Origin: Myxococcales bacterium
Lineage (GTDB): Bacteria; Myxococcota_A; Polyangia; Polyangiales; DASUME01
Direction of reading: 5' to 3'
DNA: 64,000 nucleotides
NCBI GenBank assembly: GCA_047601445.1
Contig: JASGJH010000001.1
Coordinates: 6,112,001-6,176,000 of the forward strand
Shown here: positions 52,105 through 60,378 of the stretch, in pieces
Layout of the letters: every line of letters starts with the position of its first letter
How positions within the stretch are numbered: the first letter of the stretch is position 1
Notes under the pieces: generated by a model
What the model saw: only the letters and a program-made list of their open reading frames with translations
Database searches by the model: none
What the model was told of the DNA's origin: nothing
Position numbers and translations under genes: made by a program

Positions 52105-54042
52105 ATGAGCGGCATCGCGGGCATCGTGTGCAGCGGAGCGGACCCTCGACCCGGACAGGGCGCTGCGCTCGAACGAATGCTGAGGGCGCTGGAGGCCAAG
52201 GGCCCGGACGGTGCCTCGCGCTGGCAGGAAGGGCCTGCATCGCTGGGCCTCACCCTGTTTCGCAGTACGCCCGAGCAAGCGCATGAACACGGGCCGACAC
52301 AGGTCGAGCATGTGGTCGTGGTGGCCGACGCTCGGCTCGACGAGCGTACGGAGCTGCTCGATCTGCTCGAGGTGCCTGCCCATGCCCATGACGGCATCCC
52401 GGATAGTGAGCTCATCGCGCGTGCCTATTTGCGCTGGGGCGCCGAAGGCTTCGGCCGCCTGCGAGGAGATTTCGCCCTCGCACTCTGGGATCGACAGCAG
52501 CGGACGCTGTGGTGCGCGCGGGACGTGTTCGCGGTGCGGCCTTTCTACTACGCGGAACTGCCGCAGGGCTTCATGTTCGCCTCGAACTTCGAAGCGTTCC
52601 GCCAAAGCGAGCTGATCGCGGCCGCGGTGGATCCGGTCCGCGTGCACGACGCGCTCACCTGGCGCTGGCTCGAGTTCGGGGAACCGGGACGCACGTACTA
52701 TCGCGACATCATGCGCCTGCCAGCCGGTCATGTGCTGCGCTTCCAGGCTGGGCAGCTGCGCCTGCAGCGCGTGGATCTCTTGCGGCCCACGCGGGATCCG
52801 CTACCGCGGGACTCTCGCGAGCTGCCGCTGCTGTTCCGGCATCACTACAAGCGTGCGGTGGCGCGCCGCCTCAGAGCCGAGCGCCCAGTGGCCTCGATGT
52901 TGAGCGGCGGCCTCGATTCCGGAAGCGTCGTGTGCCTGGCCCGCGAGGTCTTGCGTGAGCGCGGCGGGCCGCAGCTCATCACGTGCTCGGTGTTGGGGGA
53001 TCCACCCCTCGACGGCGAGACCCCCTACGTGCGCGCCGTTCAGGCGAGCGGGGACCTTCGTTGTCACGACCTGACCTTTGCGCGCCTCCCAGAGCTCGGA
53101 CCCGTGATGAGCCGCTACTTCGAGCGCTCGCCCTGTATGCCCGTCGAGTGGGCCTACTGTCAGATGATGCTCGCCTGCTCGGTCAGCGCGCGCGAGGCGG
53201 GCGCCCGCGTCCTGCTGACCGGCGAGACAGGTGACATCGCCCTCGGCGTGGCTTGCAACCCCACACGCCGGGCGCTGCAGGAGGGCAAGGTCGTGGAGGC
53301 CTACGGGCTGCGACTGGAGGAGGCGCGCTTTGTGGGCTGGAGCGGGCGCGAGCTCATGACTTCGTGGCTCGCCGACAGCACCTGGTTCCTCCAGCAGGAC
53401 GTGCTGCAACGGGTGTCTCCTGCGTTCCACTGGGCACGCAGGAAGCGGCGCCATGCGGTCTGGAGGCGCGCGCTGCAGGCCGAGCGGCCAGAGCTCAAGT
53501 CGCTGCCGGAGCCCCTGGCTGCCGAGTTCTTGAGCCGCTTCCACGAGGTGCAGGTGGCCGCCGAGTGGCCCAATCGCGAACGCGAGGATCACTATTTCGC
53601 CAACGGAGTCGATCGCGGCATGGCCGGGGTCGGCGAGGCATACGACCGGGTCTGCAGCGCCCATGGGGTCGAGGCCCGCCACCCGATCTTGGACCGGGAT
53701 CTCGTGGAATTCTGCATGGCAGTGCCCTGGCGCGAGCGCCGGCTGGGAGGAACCAACAAGTCCCTCCTCAGGCGTGCGGAGATCCTGCCCGAGCTGCACG
53801 AGCGTCAGCGGCCCATGCCGAACGTGAACACCGAGGCGCGCCACACCATGTGTGCCCAGGTGGGACCATGGCTTGGGGACCGGCTTGCCAACGTGCAGGC
53901 GGCCTTTCAGTGGGCGACTGAGGACTACGTCAGGCAGCTCGAGCAGAGCTTCCGTGCGAGCCCTGCTCTCGGGGGAAACAGGCTCGACCAAGTGCTTGAG
54001 CTCATTGCGCTTGATGCCTGGGCGGGGCCGCGCGCGAGTTGA
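52105..54042 (+). CDS. Asparagine-synthetase-like lasso cyclase (C protein)
   Basis: MSGIAG (glutaminase Cys replaced by Ser), LSGGLDS, LLTGETGD, EARHPILDRDLVEF. Confidence 0.88.
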   Translation: MSGIAGIVCSGADPRPGQGAALERMLRALEAKGPDGASRWQEGPASLGLTLFRSTPEQAHEHGPTQVEHVVVVADARLDERTELLDLLEVPAHAHDGIPDSELIARAYLRWGAEGFGRLRGDFALALWDRQQRTLWCARDVFAVRPFYYAELPQGFMFASNFEAFRQSELIAAAVDPVRVHDALTWRWLEFGEPGRTYYRDIMRLPAGHVLRFQAGQLRLQRVDLLRPTRDPLPRDSRELPLLFRHHYKRAVARRLRAERPVASMLSGGLDSGSVVCLAREVLRERGGPQLITCSVLGDPPLDGETPYVRAVQASGDLRCHDLTFARLPELGPVMSRYFERSPCMPVEWAYCQMMLACSVSAREAGARVLLTGETGDIALGVACNPTRRALQEGKVVEAYGLRLEEARFVGWSGRELMTSWLADSTWFLQQDVLQRVSPAFHWARRKRRHAVWRRALQAERPELKSLPEPLAAEFLSRFHEVQVAAEWPNREREDHYFANGVDRGMAGVGEAYDRVCSAHGVEARHPILDRDLVEFCMAVPWRERRLGGTNKSLLRRAEILPELHERQRPMPNVNTEARHTMCAQVGPWLGDRLANVQAAFQWATEDYVRQLEQSFRASPALGGNRLDQVLELIALDAWAGPRAS

Positions 54043-54067
54043 CCCATTGCCGGGATTCCATCAAGAT
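54039..54067 (+). promoter_or_regulatory. Possible sigma70-type internal promoter for the precursor
   Basis: TTGACC-N17-CAAGAT about 70 nt upstream of the precursor start. Confidence 0.35.
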
Positions 54068-54137
54068 GTGAACGCCCGACGGGGGTCTGGCAACCAACAT
54101 CACGGGGCTGGAGCTCCCACGAACTTGGGGATGAATC

Positions 54138-54317
54138 GTGTCGAATCCGAACAACACCGTGCGCAAGTCCTACAGCGAGCCTCGTCTGGAAGAGTACGGT
54201 GCCCTGACCGATCTCACCCGCTCGTCGCTCTTGTCGATGAACAACCAAGAGAACCTGAAGACCCCCACCCAGTGTCAGATGCCGAACGGTGACCGGACCG
54301 GTCCCAAGCCCTGCTGA
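54138..54317 (+). CDS. Lasso-type RiPP precursor peptide (59 aa; absent from ORF track)
   Basis: MSNPNNTVRKSYSEPRLEEYGALTDLTR-SSLLSMNNQENLKTPTQCQMPNGDRTGPKPC; YxxPxLxxxGxxxxxT leader; GGGGA RBS; TGATG overlap with next gene. Confidence 0.9.
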   Translation: MSNPNNTVRKSYSEPRLEEYGALTDLTRSSLLSMNNQENLKTPTQCQMPNGDRTGPKPC

Positions 54318-55477
54318 TGGGCGCGTACTCGCTCGGCTCCTACGCGAGCATGCTGGCGTGCCGTACCCGCATGCCCGCCTATTTCGAGGCGCTTGAACGC
54401 ACGGTCAAGCCGGGGTCCGTTGTCCTCGACCTCGGGGCCGGATTCGGATACTTCGCGCTGCTGGCCTGTCGCTTGGGCGCGGCCCGTGTGTACGCCATCG
54501 AGCCCGCTGAGTCGATCTCCGTGGCCGCCGAGCTGGCGCGCCTGAACGGCTTTGGCGATCGCATCGTTCCCATCCGTGATAGCTCGCGCAATGTGAAGCT
54601 CCCGGAGCGCGTCGATGTGATCGTCTCGGACATCCGCGGTGCGCTCCCGACCATCGGCGGTTCGCTGCGAACCCTGATCGACGCCCGCGATCGGTTGCTC
54701 GCTCCAGGCGGTACCTTGATTCCCTGGCGTGATCGTCTGTGGGTTGCCCCGATCGACGATCGCCCTCAGTGGCAGCGCTCGGTGCGCCCGTGGGCCGTGG
54801 TAGCCGAGGCGTTCGAGCCGGCTCGTGGGCTCAACCTGACGCCCGTCGAAGAGCGCCTGGTCCACTACACTCGCTCCAGCGAGCTGCTGATCGCGTCGTT
54901 CATGGCCACGCCTCAGATCTGGGCCGAGATCGACTATCACACGAACCAGAACACCGACGTCGAGGGCGCGGTGGAGTTCCAGATTGCGGAGCGCGGCACC
55001 GTCTACACCCTGGGCATCTGGTTCGACGCGGAGCTGATGGAAGGCATCCGCTACGCGTCGGGGCCGGAGCGCGGCACCGTGTATGCGAACATGAGCCTGC
55101 CGTTGAGCCAGCCGCTGAGCGTGCAGCCGGGCGACACACTGAAAGTTCGCCTTCTCTCCAGCGACATCGGTGGGACCTATCACCTGAGCTGGTGGACCTC
55201 CCTGATCCGCGGCGGACAAACGCTGAGCTCGTTTCAGCAGAGCGACTTCTTGTCGGAGCCGCTAGTGCTCGATCGCTTCAAGCAGCGTCTGCCCAACCAC
55301 ATGCCCAAGCTTGAGCGCCGCGCGGAGATCGTGCGGCAGATTCTGGATGGCGCTCACGCAGGGCTCAGCCTCGGGCAGATCGCAGCGAAGTTGATGGAGA
55401 ACTTCCCCGACCGTTTCGAGAGCACGACCGCCGCGCTGGAGCACGCCGCCAACGCTTTCGAGCTGTTCAACGGCTGA
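54317..55477 (+). CDS. PRMT-like SAM-dependent methyltransferase
   Basis: MLxxxxRxxAY, VLDLGAGFG, VYAIE, PERVDVIVSD, RDRLLAPGGTLIP, WFDAEL. Confidence 0.8.
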   Translation: MGAYSLGSYASMLACRTRMPAYFEALERTVKPGSVVLDLGAGFGYFALLACRLGAARVYAIEPAESISVAAELARLNGFGDRIVPIRDSSRNVKLPERVDVIVSDIRGALPTIGGSLRTLIDARDRLLAPGGTLIPWRDRLWVAPIDDRPQWQRSVRPWAVVAEAFEPARGLNLTPVEERLVHYTRSSELLIASFMATPQIWAEIDYHTNQNTDVEGAVEFQIAERGTVYTLGIWFDAELMEGIRYASGPERGTVYANMSLPLSQPLSVQPGDTLKVRLLSSDIGGTYHLSWWTSLIRGGQTLSSFQQSDFLSEPLVLDRFKQRLPNHMPKLERRAEIVRQILDGAHAGLSLGQIAAKLMENFPDRFESTTAALEHAANAFELFNG

Positions 55478-55483
55478 CCGGTC

Positions 55484-56374
55484 ATGCCGACGTATTCGAT
55501 TCTGGGACTTCGGTTCGAGCTGCCCTGGAGCCTCGATCTGCCGGCAGTAGAGGAGCCGGCGGACTACCAGGTGACATTCGGCCCGGTCGAGGATGTTCCC
55601 GACGATCCTGCGATCGACTCGCCCTTGATGACGCGCAAGGGACGCGCGCTGGAGCTCTCCATGGGCGGCATCTGCCGCATGGTGGTGCCCGGCCAGGGCA
55701 CGCCCGCCCAGGTCGAGTGCTATCCCCACCGCGAGCAAAGCATCGAGGAGGTCAAGCGACAGGTCCTCGAGCACCTCATTCCGCGGCTGCTCTCACGGCA
55801 CTACCAGCTGGTGTTGCACGCGAGCTGTGCCGTGTTCGAGCACAATGCGCTCGGGTTCTTCGCTCGCTCGGGAAGCGGCAAGTCCACCATGGCGCTGGCG
55901 ATGGCGCGTGCGGGCGCCACGATTTTGGGCGACGACAGCCTGGTGCTCGATCGAGGTCCCGATGGCGCCATGGCGCGTGCGCTGTGGTCCACCGTGCGCG
56001 CCTTCAACGACAGCCTGAGCACCACGCTGGAGGTCGAGCGTCCCGACGCCGAGAGCAGCAAGATCGTGCTCACCCACGGTGAGGCGGCACGGCTTACTTT
56101 CGAGCGCGGGGCGCATCCGCTGAAGGCCCTGTATGCGCTCGAAGAGAGCGACGAGATCCGGATTCTGCCCATGAGTCCGCGCGAGGCCATGTTGGCGCTC
56201 CTGCGAGAGGCCTATCACCTCGAGTTCGACGACATGAAGGGCATGGCCGAACTGATGGCGCGAACCGAGCAACTCGGGCTCACGCGGCGCACCTTTCGGC
56301 TCGCCTATCCTCGCGATTTCGCGCGCCTGCCGGAGGTGGTCGCGCGCGTGCGCGCACATGCGGCGAGCTTGTAG
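55484..56374 (+). CDS. HPr-kinase-like peptide kinase
   Basis: VLHAS, SGSGKST, LGDD. Confidence 0.82.
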   Translation: MPTYSILGLRFELPWSLDLPAVEEPADYQVTFGPVEDVPDDPAIDSPLMTRKGRALELSMGGICRMVVPGQGTPAQVECYPHREQSIEEVKRQVLEHLIPRLLSRHYQLVLHASCAVFEHNALGFFARSGSGKSTMALAMARAGATILGDDSLVLDRGPDGAMARALWSTVRAFNDSLSTTLEVERPDAESSKIVLTHGEAARLTFERGAHPLKALYALEESDEIRILPMSPREAMLALLREAYHLEFDDMKGMAELMARTEQLGLTRRTFRLAYPRDFARLPEVVARVRAHAASL

Positions 56375-56376
56375 CG

Positions 56377-58137
56377 ATGTCCCCCCTCTACGCCCGCGCT
56401 AGAGGCCTCCTGCTCCCACGCTGGCGGCTCGTGGTCCTCGCCATCGCTTTTGCCTTTCTGTCGGCCCTCACGGACGCGGGATTCGCGATCACAGCAGGCG
56501 GCGTGGCTGGCTGGCTGTTCGACAAAGCAGGCAGCCAGTCGTCGATTGTGGCGGCCTTCGGTGTCGATCGCGGCTTCGGCCTCGTCATGGGTCTCGGCCT
56601 GATCGCCGGCCTGCGTGCTCTCGGTACGCTCGGCGCGGCCTGGGTAACCGCGCGCCTGGGCTCGGAGATCGCCCACGAGCTACGTACGGAGCTCTACGAG
56701 CGCACGGCGTTGAATGCGCTGCCCCGGGTCCTGGCCCACCACCGCGGCGAAGTCGTCTCGCGGCTCCAGGACGACGTAGAGACCATTCAGGTAACACTCA
56801 CGTACTCCGTCACCGGCATCGCGCACACCGTGCTCTCCACGTTGATGGTGGGCAGTGTGATCTTGTCGATCGATCCCTGGGTCGGTCTCTCGTGTTTCGT
56901 GGGCGCCCCGCTGGCGGCGCTGGTGGTTCGTCTGGCGAACCGCCGCTTCTACGTGCTCTATGAGCAGCTTCGCCAGGACCACGGCATGCTCATGGGACGC
57001 ATCGAAGAGATCGTGGATGCGGGGGATGTGGTGCGCAGTCTGGGCGGCGAGCGCAGGGTCATCGAGCGCTTCACCAAGCTTTCGGAGCGCGTGAAACAGG
57101 CATCGCTAGAGGTTGCGCGCACGTCCGCTTTGACCAAGCCGATACTGTCCCTGGTGGGCGCCCTCGGCCTTGGTGTGCTGTTGGTCTATTGGAACTCGGG
57201 AAATGCGCCGGCTCCTGCCGAGCAAGCCGCGCTGTTGGCCGCTGCGGCCATCTTGATTCGCCCGCTCCATGCGGTGTCGCGCTGGTACGAGGTGGTGGCC
57301 TCGACACGCAGCTCGTTCCTGCGGGTGGACGAGATTCTGCAGACCCCACGAGTGGAGCTCGCTTCGGACGAACCCACGCAGCGACCGGATGCGCAAGCCT
57401 TGCGTGCTCGGGAACTGGCGTTCGCATTCGGGGAGACGTCGGTCTTCACAGGCGTGTCTTTCGAGCTCCGGCGCGGCCAAGTGCTGGCGGTGGTGGGCCC
57501 GAGCGGTAGCGGCAAGACCACCTTGCTCAGGCTCCTCACGGGCTCACTCGAGCCTGCGACGGGTAGCGTAGAGATCGACGGCAAAACTCGGGCGGACATG
57601 GAAATGCGCAGCTACCGCCGGCATTTTGCCTGGGTCCCCCAGGAAGCGCGCTTGTTGTTCGACAGCGTGGCCGAAAACCTGCGACTCGGTCGACCCGGGG
57701 CGAGCGACCTCGAGCTTAGCCAGGCCCTGCAAGCCGCCGACTTCCCGCTTTCGGCTCAGCACTTTCCGCAAGGCCTGGAGACCAAGATCGCCGACGACGG
57801 ATCGCCGTTTTCGGTCGGGCAACGACAGCGCTTGTGCATTGCTCGCGCGCTGCTCACGCAGGCGCCTTTCTTGGTGCTAGACGAGCCCACGGCTGCGCTC
57901 GACGAACGTACAGCCGAGGAACTCCACCGAACCCTGCTCGGGTTGCGCGAACGGTTGGGCGTGTGCCTCGCGACCCATCGCTTGAGCAGCGTAGAGCAGT
58001 GCGATTGGGTGGTCGTGCTCGAGGGAGGGCGGGTGGTCGAAGAAGGGCGCCCCGCAGATCTGCGCCAGCGTGGTGACCGCTTCCGTTCGCTGTTCGCTCA
58101 GGACATCGTGCGCCTGGAGGCGGGCAAGGTCGGCTGA
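56377..58137 (+). CDS. ABC exporter (TMD+NBD), no peptidase domain
   Basis: GPSGSGKTT, FSVGQRQR, LDEPTAALD, THRL; sequence starts directly with TM helices. Confidence 0.92.
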   Translation: MSPLYARARGLLLPRWRLVVLAIAFAFLSALTDAGFAITAGGVAGWLFDKAGSQSSIVAAFGVDRGFGLVMGLGLIAGLRALGTLGAAWVTARLGSEIAHELRTELYERTALNALPRVLAHHRGEVVSRLQDDVETIQVTLTYSVTGIAHTVLSTLMVGSVILSIDPWVGLSCFVGAPLAALVVRLANRRFYVLYEQLRQDHGMLMGRIEEIVDAGDVVRSLGGERRVIERFTKLSERVKQASLEVARTSALTKPILSLVGALGLGVLLVYWNSGNAPAPAEQAALLAAAAILIRPLHAVSRWYEVVASTRSSFLRVDEILQTPRVELASDEPTQRPDAQALRARELAFAFGETSVFTGVSFELRRGQVLAVVGPSGSGKTTLLRLLTGSLEPATGSVEIDGKTRADMEMRSYRRHFAWVPQEARLLFDSVAENLRLGRPGASDLELSQALQAADFPLSAQHFPQGLETKIADDGSPFSVGQRQRLCIARALLTQAPFLVLDEPTAALDERTAEELHRTLLGLRERLGVCLATHRLSSVEQCDWVVVLEGGRVVEEGRPADLRQRGDRFRSLFAQDIVRLEAGKVG

Positions 58138-58170
58138 GCCAGGCGCGCCAAGGGACCGCGTTCGACGTAT

Positions 58171-59037
58171 TCAGGAGCCGATCAGCTCGAACTCGTTCTC
58201 ATCGTCGTGACTCTCTTGAGCATCGGCGGTGACCTGCGCACGGCGCTCGGCTCGCAGCTTGTTGACGCGGGCCACGTCGACCTTGAGTCGGGGCAATAGG
58301 GTCCGATTCACCAGCTCGAGCTTGGTCACCATGGGGCGCGTAAGTGGACGCTGCTTACGTACCATCTCGTAGAACTCTTCGAACACCGTGGCGATGCTCG
58401 CTTCTACGCTCGCGTTTTGGGCGCGCGCGCGCTGGGTCCGATGCTCCGGCCGCACTGCTTCCAGCGCGGCGCTGAGGTCCCCACCGCCAACGAACGAGAG
58501 CGCCTCACGCACGGTGCGCTCAGGCTCCTCGAGCATCGTGTCGTAGGCCCAGAGGCGGAGCGGGTACTTGCGGCGCAGACCGTCGACCAGCAGGCCGTAG
58601 TTGCAGGTCCACCACTCGAATACCGGGTCGAGTCGGGCCGGCGGCTCGAAGTTGGGGTGCTTCTGACGACGGGAGTCATCCTCCATCTTCCACATGCGTC
58701 GGCGCGACTCCTCGTACTCGCGGAAGTCGCGCATGCTGGCGATCACGCGTCCGAGGTAGCGCGGGTTCGTCCGCACCACGCCTGGCACGAAGATCTTCAC
58801 CACGTGCTTCTCGAACTGCGCGGGATCGAGCGCTCGACCCGTGGTCGGATCGAGCTCGGCCTTACCGTAGACCCCGCGCCGGAGCTTCGACTCGTAGAAC
58901 CCTTCCGGATTCGCCGCGCCGATGCTCTCCTTCCACTGACCAGGAAAGCGCTCGCCGAGATAGGGTAGCCCGGCCGCGATGAGGACTTGCATCCACATCG
59001 ACGTTCCAGAGCGTTTGGTGCCGGTGACCACGATCAC
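58171..59037 (-). CDS. Sulfotransferase-like P-loop protein
   Basis: N-terminal IVVTGTKRSGTSM resembles the PAPS-binding loop; NPEGFYE; YDTMLEEP. Confidence 0.6.
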   Translation of the reverse strand: MIVVTGTKRSGTSMWMQVLIAAGLPYLGERFPGQWKESIGAANPEGFYESKLRRGVYGKAELDPTTGRALDPAQFEKHVVKIFVPGVVRTNPRYLGRVIASMRDFREYEESRRRMWKMEDDSRRQKHPNFEPPARLDPVFEWWTCNYGLLVDGLRRKYPLRLWAYDTMLEEPERTVREALSFVGGGDLSAALEAVRPEHRTQRARAQNASVEASIATVFEEFYEMVRKQRPLTRPMVTKLELVNRTLLPRLKVDVARVNKLRAERRAQVTADAQESHDDENEFELIGS

Positions 59038-59071
59038 GGGGAGAGCTCATGGCACCGGCCTGGCCGGGTCG

Positions 59072-60145
59072 TCAAACCTTCTGGTCGGGCTTCGCGGGCG
59101 CGCTCTTGCGCCGACGACGCGTGAGCCACAGCGCGAGGGCCGTGAGGGACAAGGTGCCCAGGCCATTGCCCATGGAGTTGCCGGTGGTGCTGCAGTCGCA
59201 GCCACCGCCGCCAACCTCGCCGCCGTCTTCGCCCGCGTCTTCGCCCGCATCCGCCACGGGTTCGCCGCCATCGGGTGTGCCGCTGTCCACATGATGGCCG
59301 GCGTCCACGCCGCCATCCGTGTGCGTGCCGGCGTCCGCGACGCCGCCGTCCGTGCCGCCGTCGGTTTCGGTTCCGCCATCCGGCGTTCCGGCGTCGGGCA
59401 CAGGCTCGTCCACGCCGTTATCGCCATAGAGCGAAAAACCGAGCGTAACGTTGGGATAGTCCTGGGGCAGCGTGCCGCCGTAGAAGATGTTGCAGTTGCC
59501 GAAGGGCAGGTAGTGAAAGGGCCCGTTGATGCCGTTGCTCGCCGTGATCTCCGTGGTCTTGTAGCCGCAGTTGGTGCGCAGCGCGAGCTGGAGGTCACCA
59601 GGAGCCGTGGAGCGCTTCACCACGTCGACGAAGAACTTGCCACCTGGTGCCGTGTCGACCGTGACCATGAACCAATAGCGTCCTGGTGGGAGGACACAGG
59701 CGGTCGGCAGCTTGTAGCTCAGGTCGTAGGGCGCCGTGATGGTCGGCGTCACCGCGGAGGCGGAGCAGTTGGGGTCGGCGAGCGGCTGGTCCGGCAGGTT
59801 CGACGCGCTGTTGCTCCAGATCTGAAACGTGAGCTTCGGATCGAAGGCCGGCACGCCCTGATACCTGCCCTCGATGAAGACTCGCTCGAGGGACCAGTTC
59901 GCACCCTCTGGCACCAAGAAGTCGTCGGCGACCTCGGTGTCGTAGGTCCAGACCGGGTTGCCGACCCCGTCGTAGGGATCGTCGGTCTCGTCGTAGGTGT
60001 CGTGGAGCTCTGCGAAAGCTCCCGACCCTGCCTGAACAGGGCCTGGATTCGAGTAGAGCACTTCCTCCTTGTGCTGGGCGGAGGCCACGAGCGGGAGGCT
60101 CGCGGTGACAGTGGCAAGAACGGACAACTTTTTGGCAGCAGTCAT
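59072..60145 (-). CDS. Secreted protein with DAG linker and MYXO-CTERM tail
   Basis: Signal peptide; ADDFLVP; GGGGCDC + TM + RRRRK. Confidence 0.78.
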   Translation of the reverse strand: MTAAKKLSVLATVTASLPLVASAQHKEEVLYSNPGPVQAGSGAFAELHDTYDETDDPYDGVGNPVWTYDTEVADDFLVPEGANWSLERVFIEGRYQGVPAFDPKLTFQIWSNSASNLPDQPLADPNCSASAVTPTITAPYDLSYKLPTACVLPPGRYWFMVTVDTAPGGKFFVDVVKRSTAPGDLQLALRTNCGYKTTEITASNGINGPFHYLPFGNCNIFYGGTLPQDYPNVTLGFSLYGDNGVDEPVPDAGTPDGGTETDGGTDGGVADAGTHTDGGVDAGHHVDSGTPDGGEPVADAGEDAGEDGGEVGGGGCDCSTTGNSMGNGLGTLSLTALALWLTRRRRKSAPAKPDQKV

Positions 60146-60378
60146 GTAAGTGCTTCCCCGGTCTTAGACGTCCCTAGTGCACTGGCTTATGTAACGCCGT
60201 GGCGACTGCGAGGCAATCCCGAGTCATGACGGGCACATGTGCACATGTGTGCCAGACACGTTCCGTTGGTTGCCCGGTCCCAGTCAGGAGTTCAAAGCAG
60301 GTGGCCGAGGCTCACATTAGGCGCCCCCGGCCGGTACCGTTCCGCAACCGCAGGAGGTTGCTCGGTCTTTGAGGGGGC

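Noticed and set aside
52105..54042. Ordinary asparagine synthetase AsnB
   Set aside because: It lacks the N-terminal catalytic Cys and is flanked by an RRE and a leader-bearing precursor.
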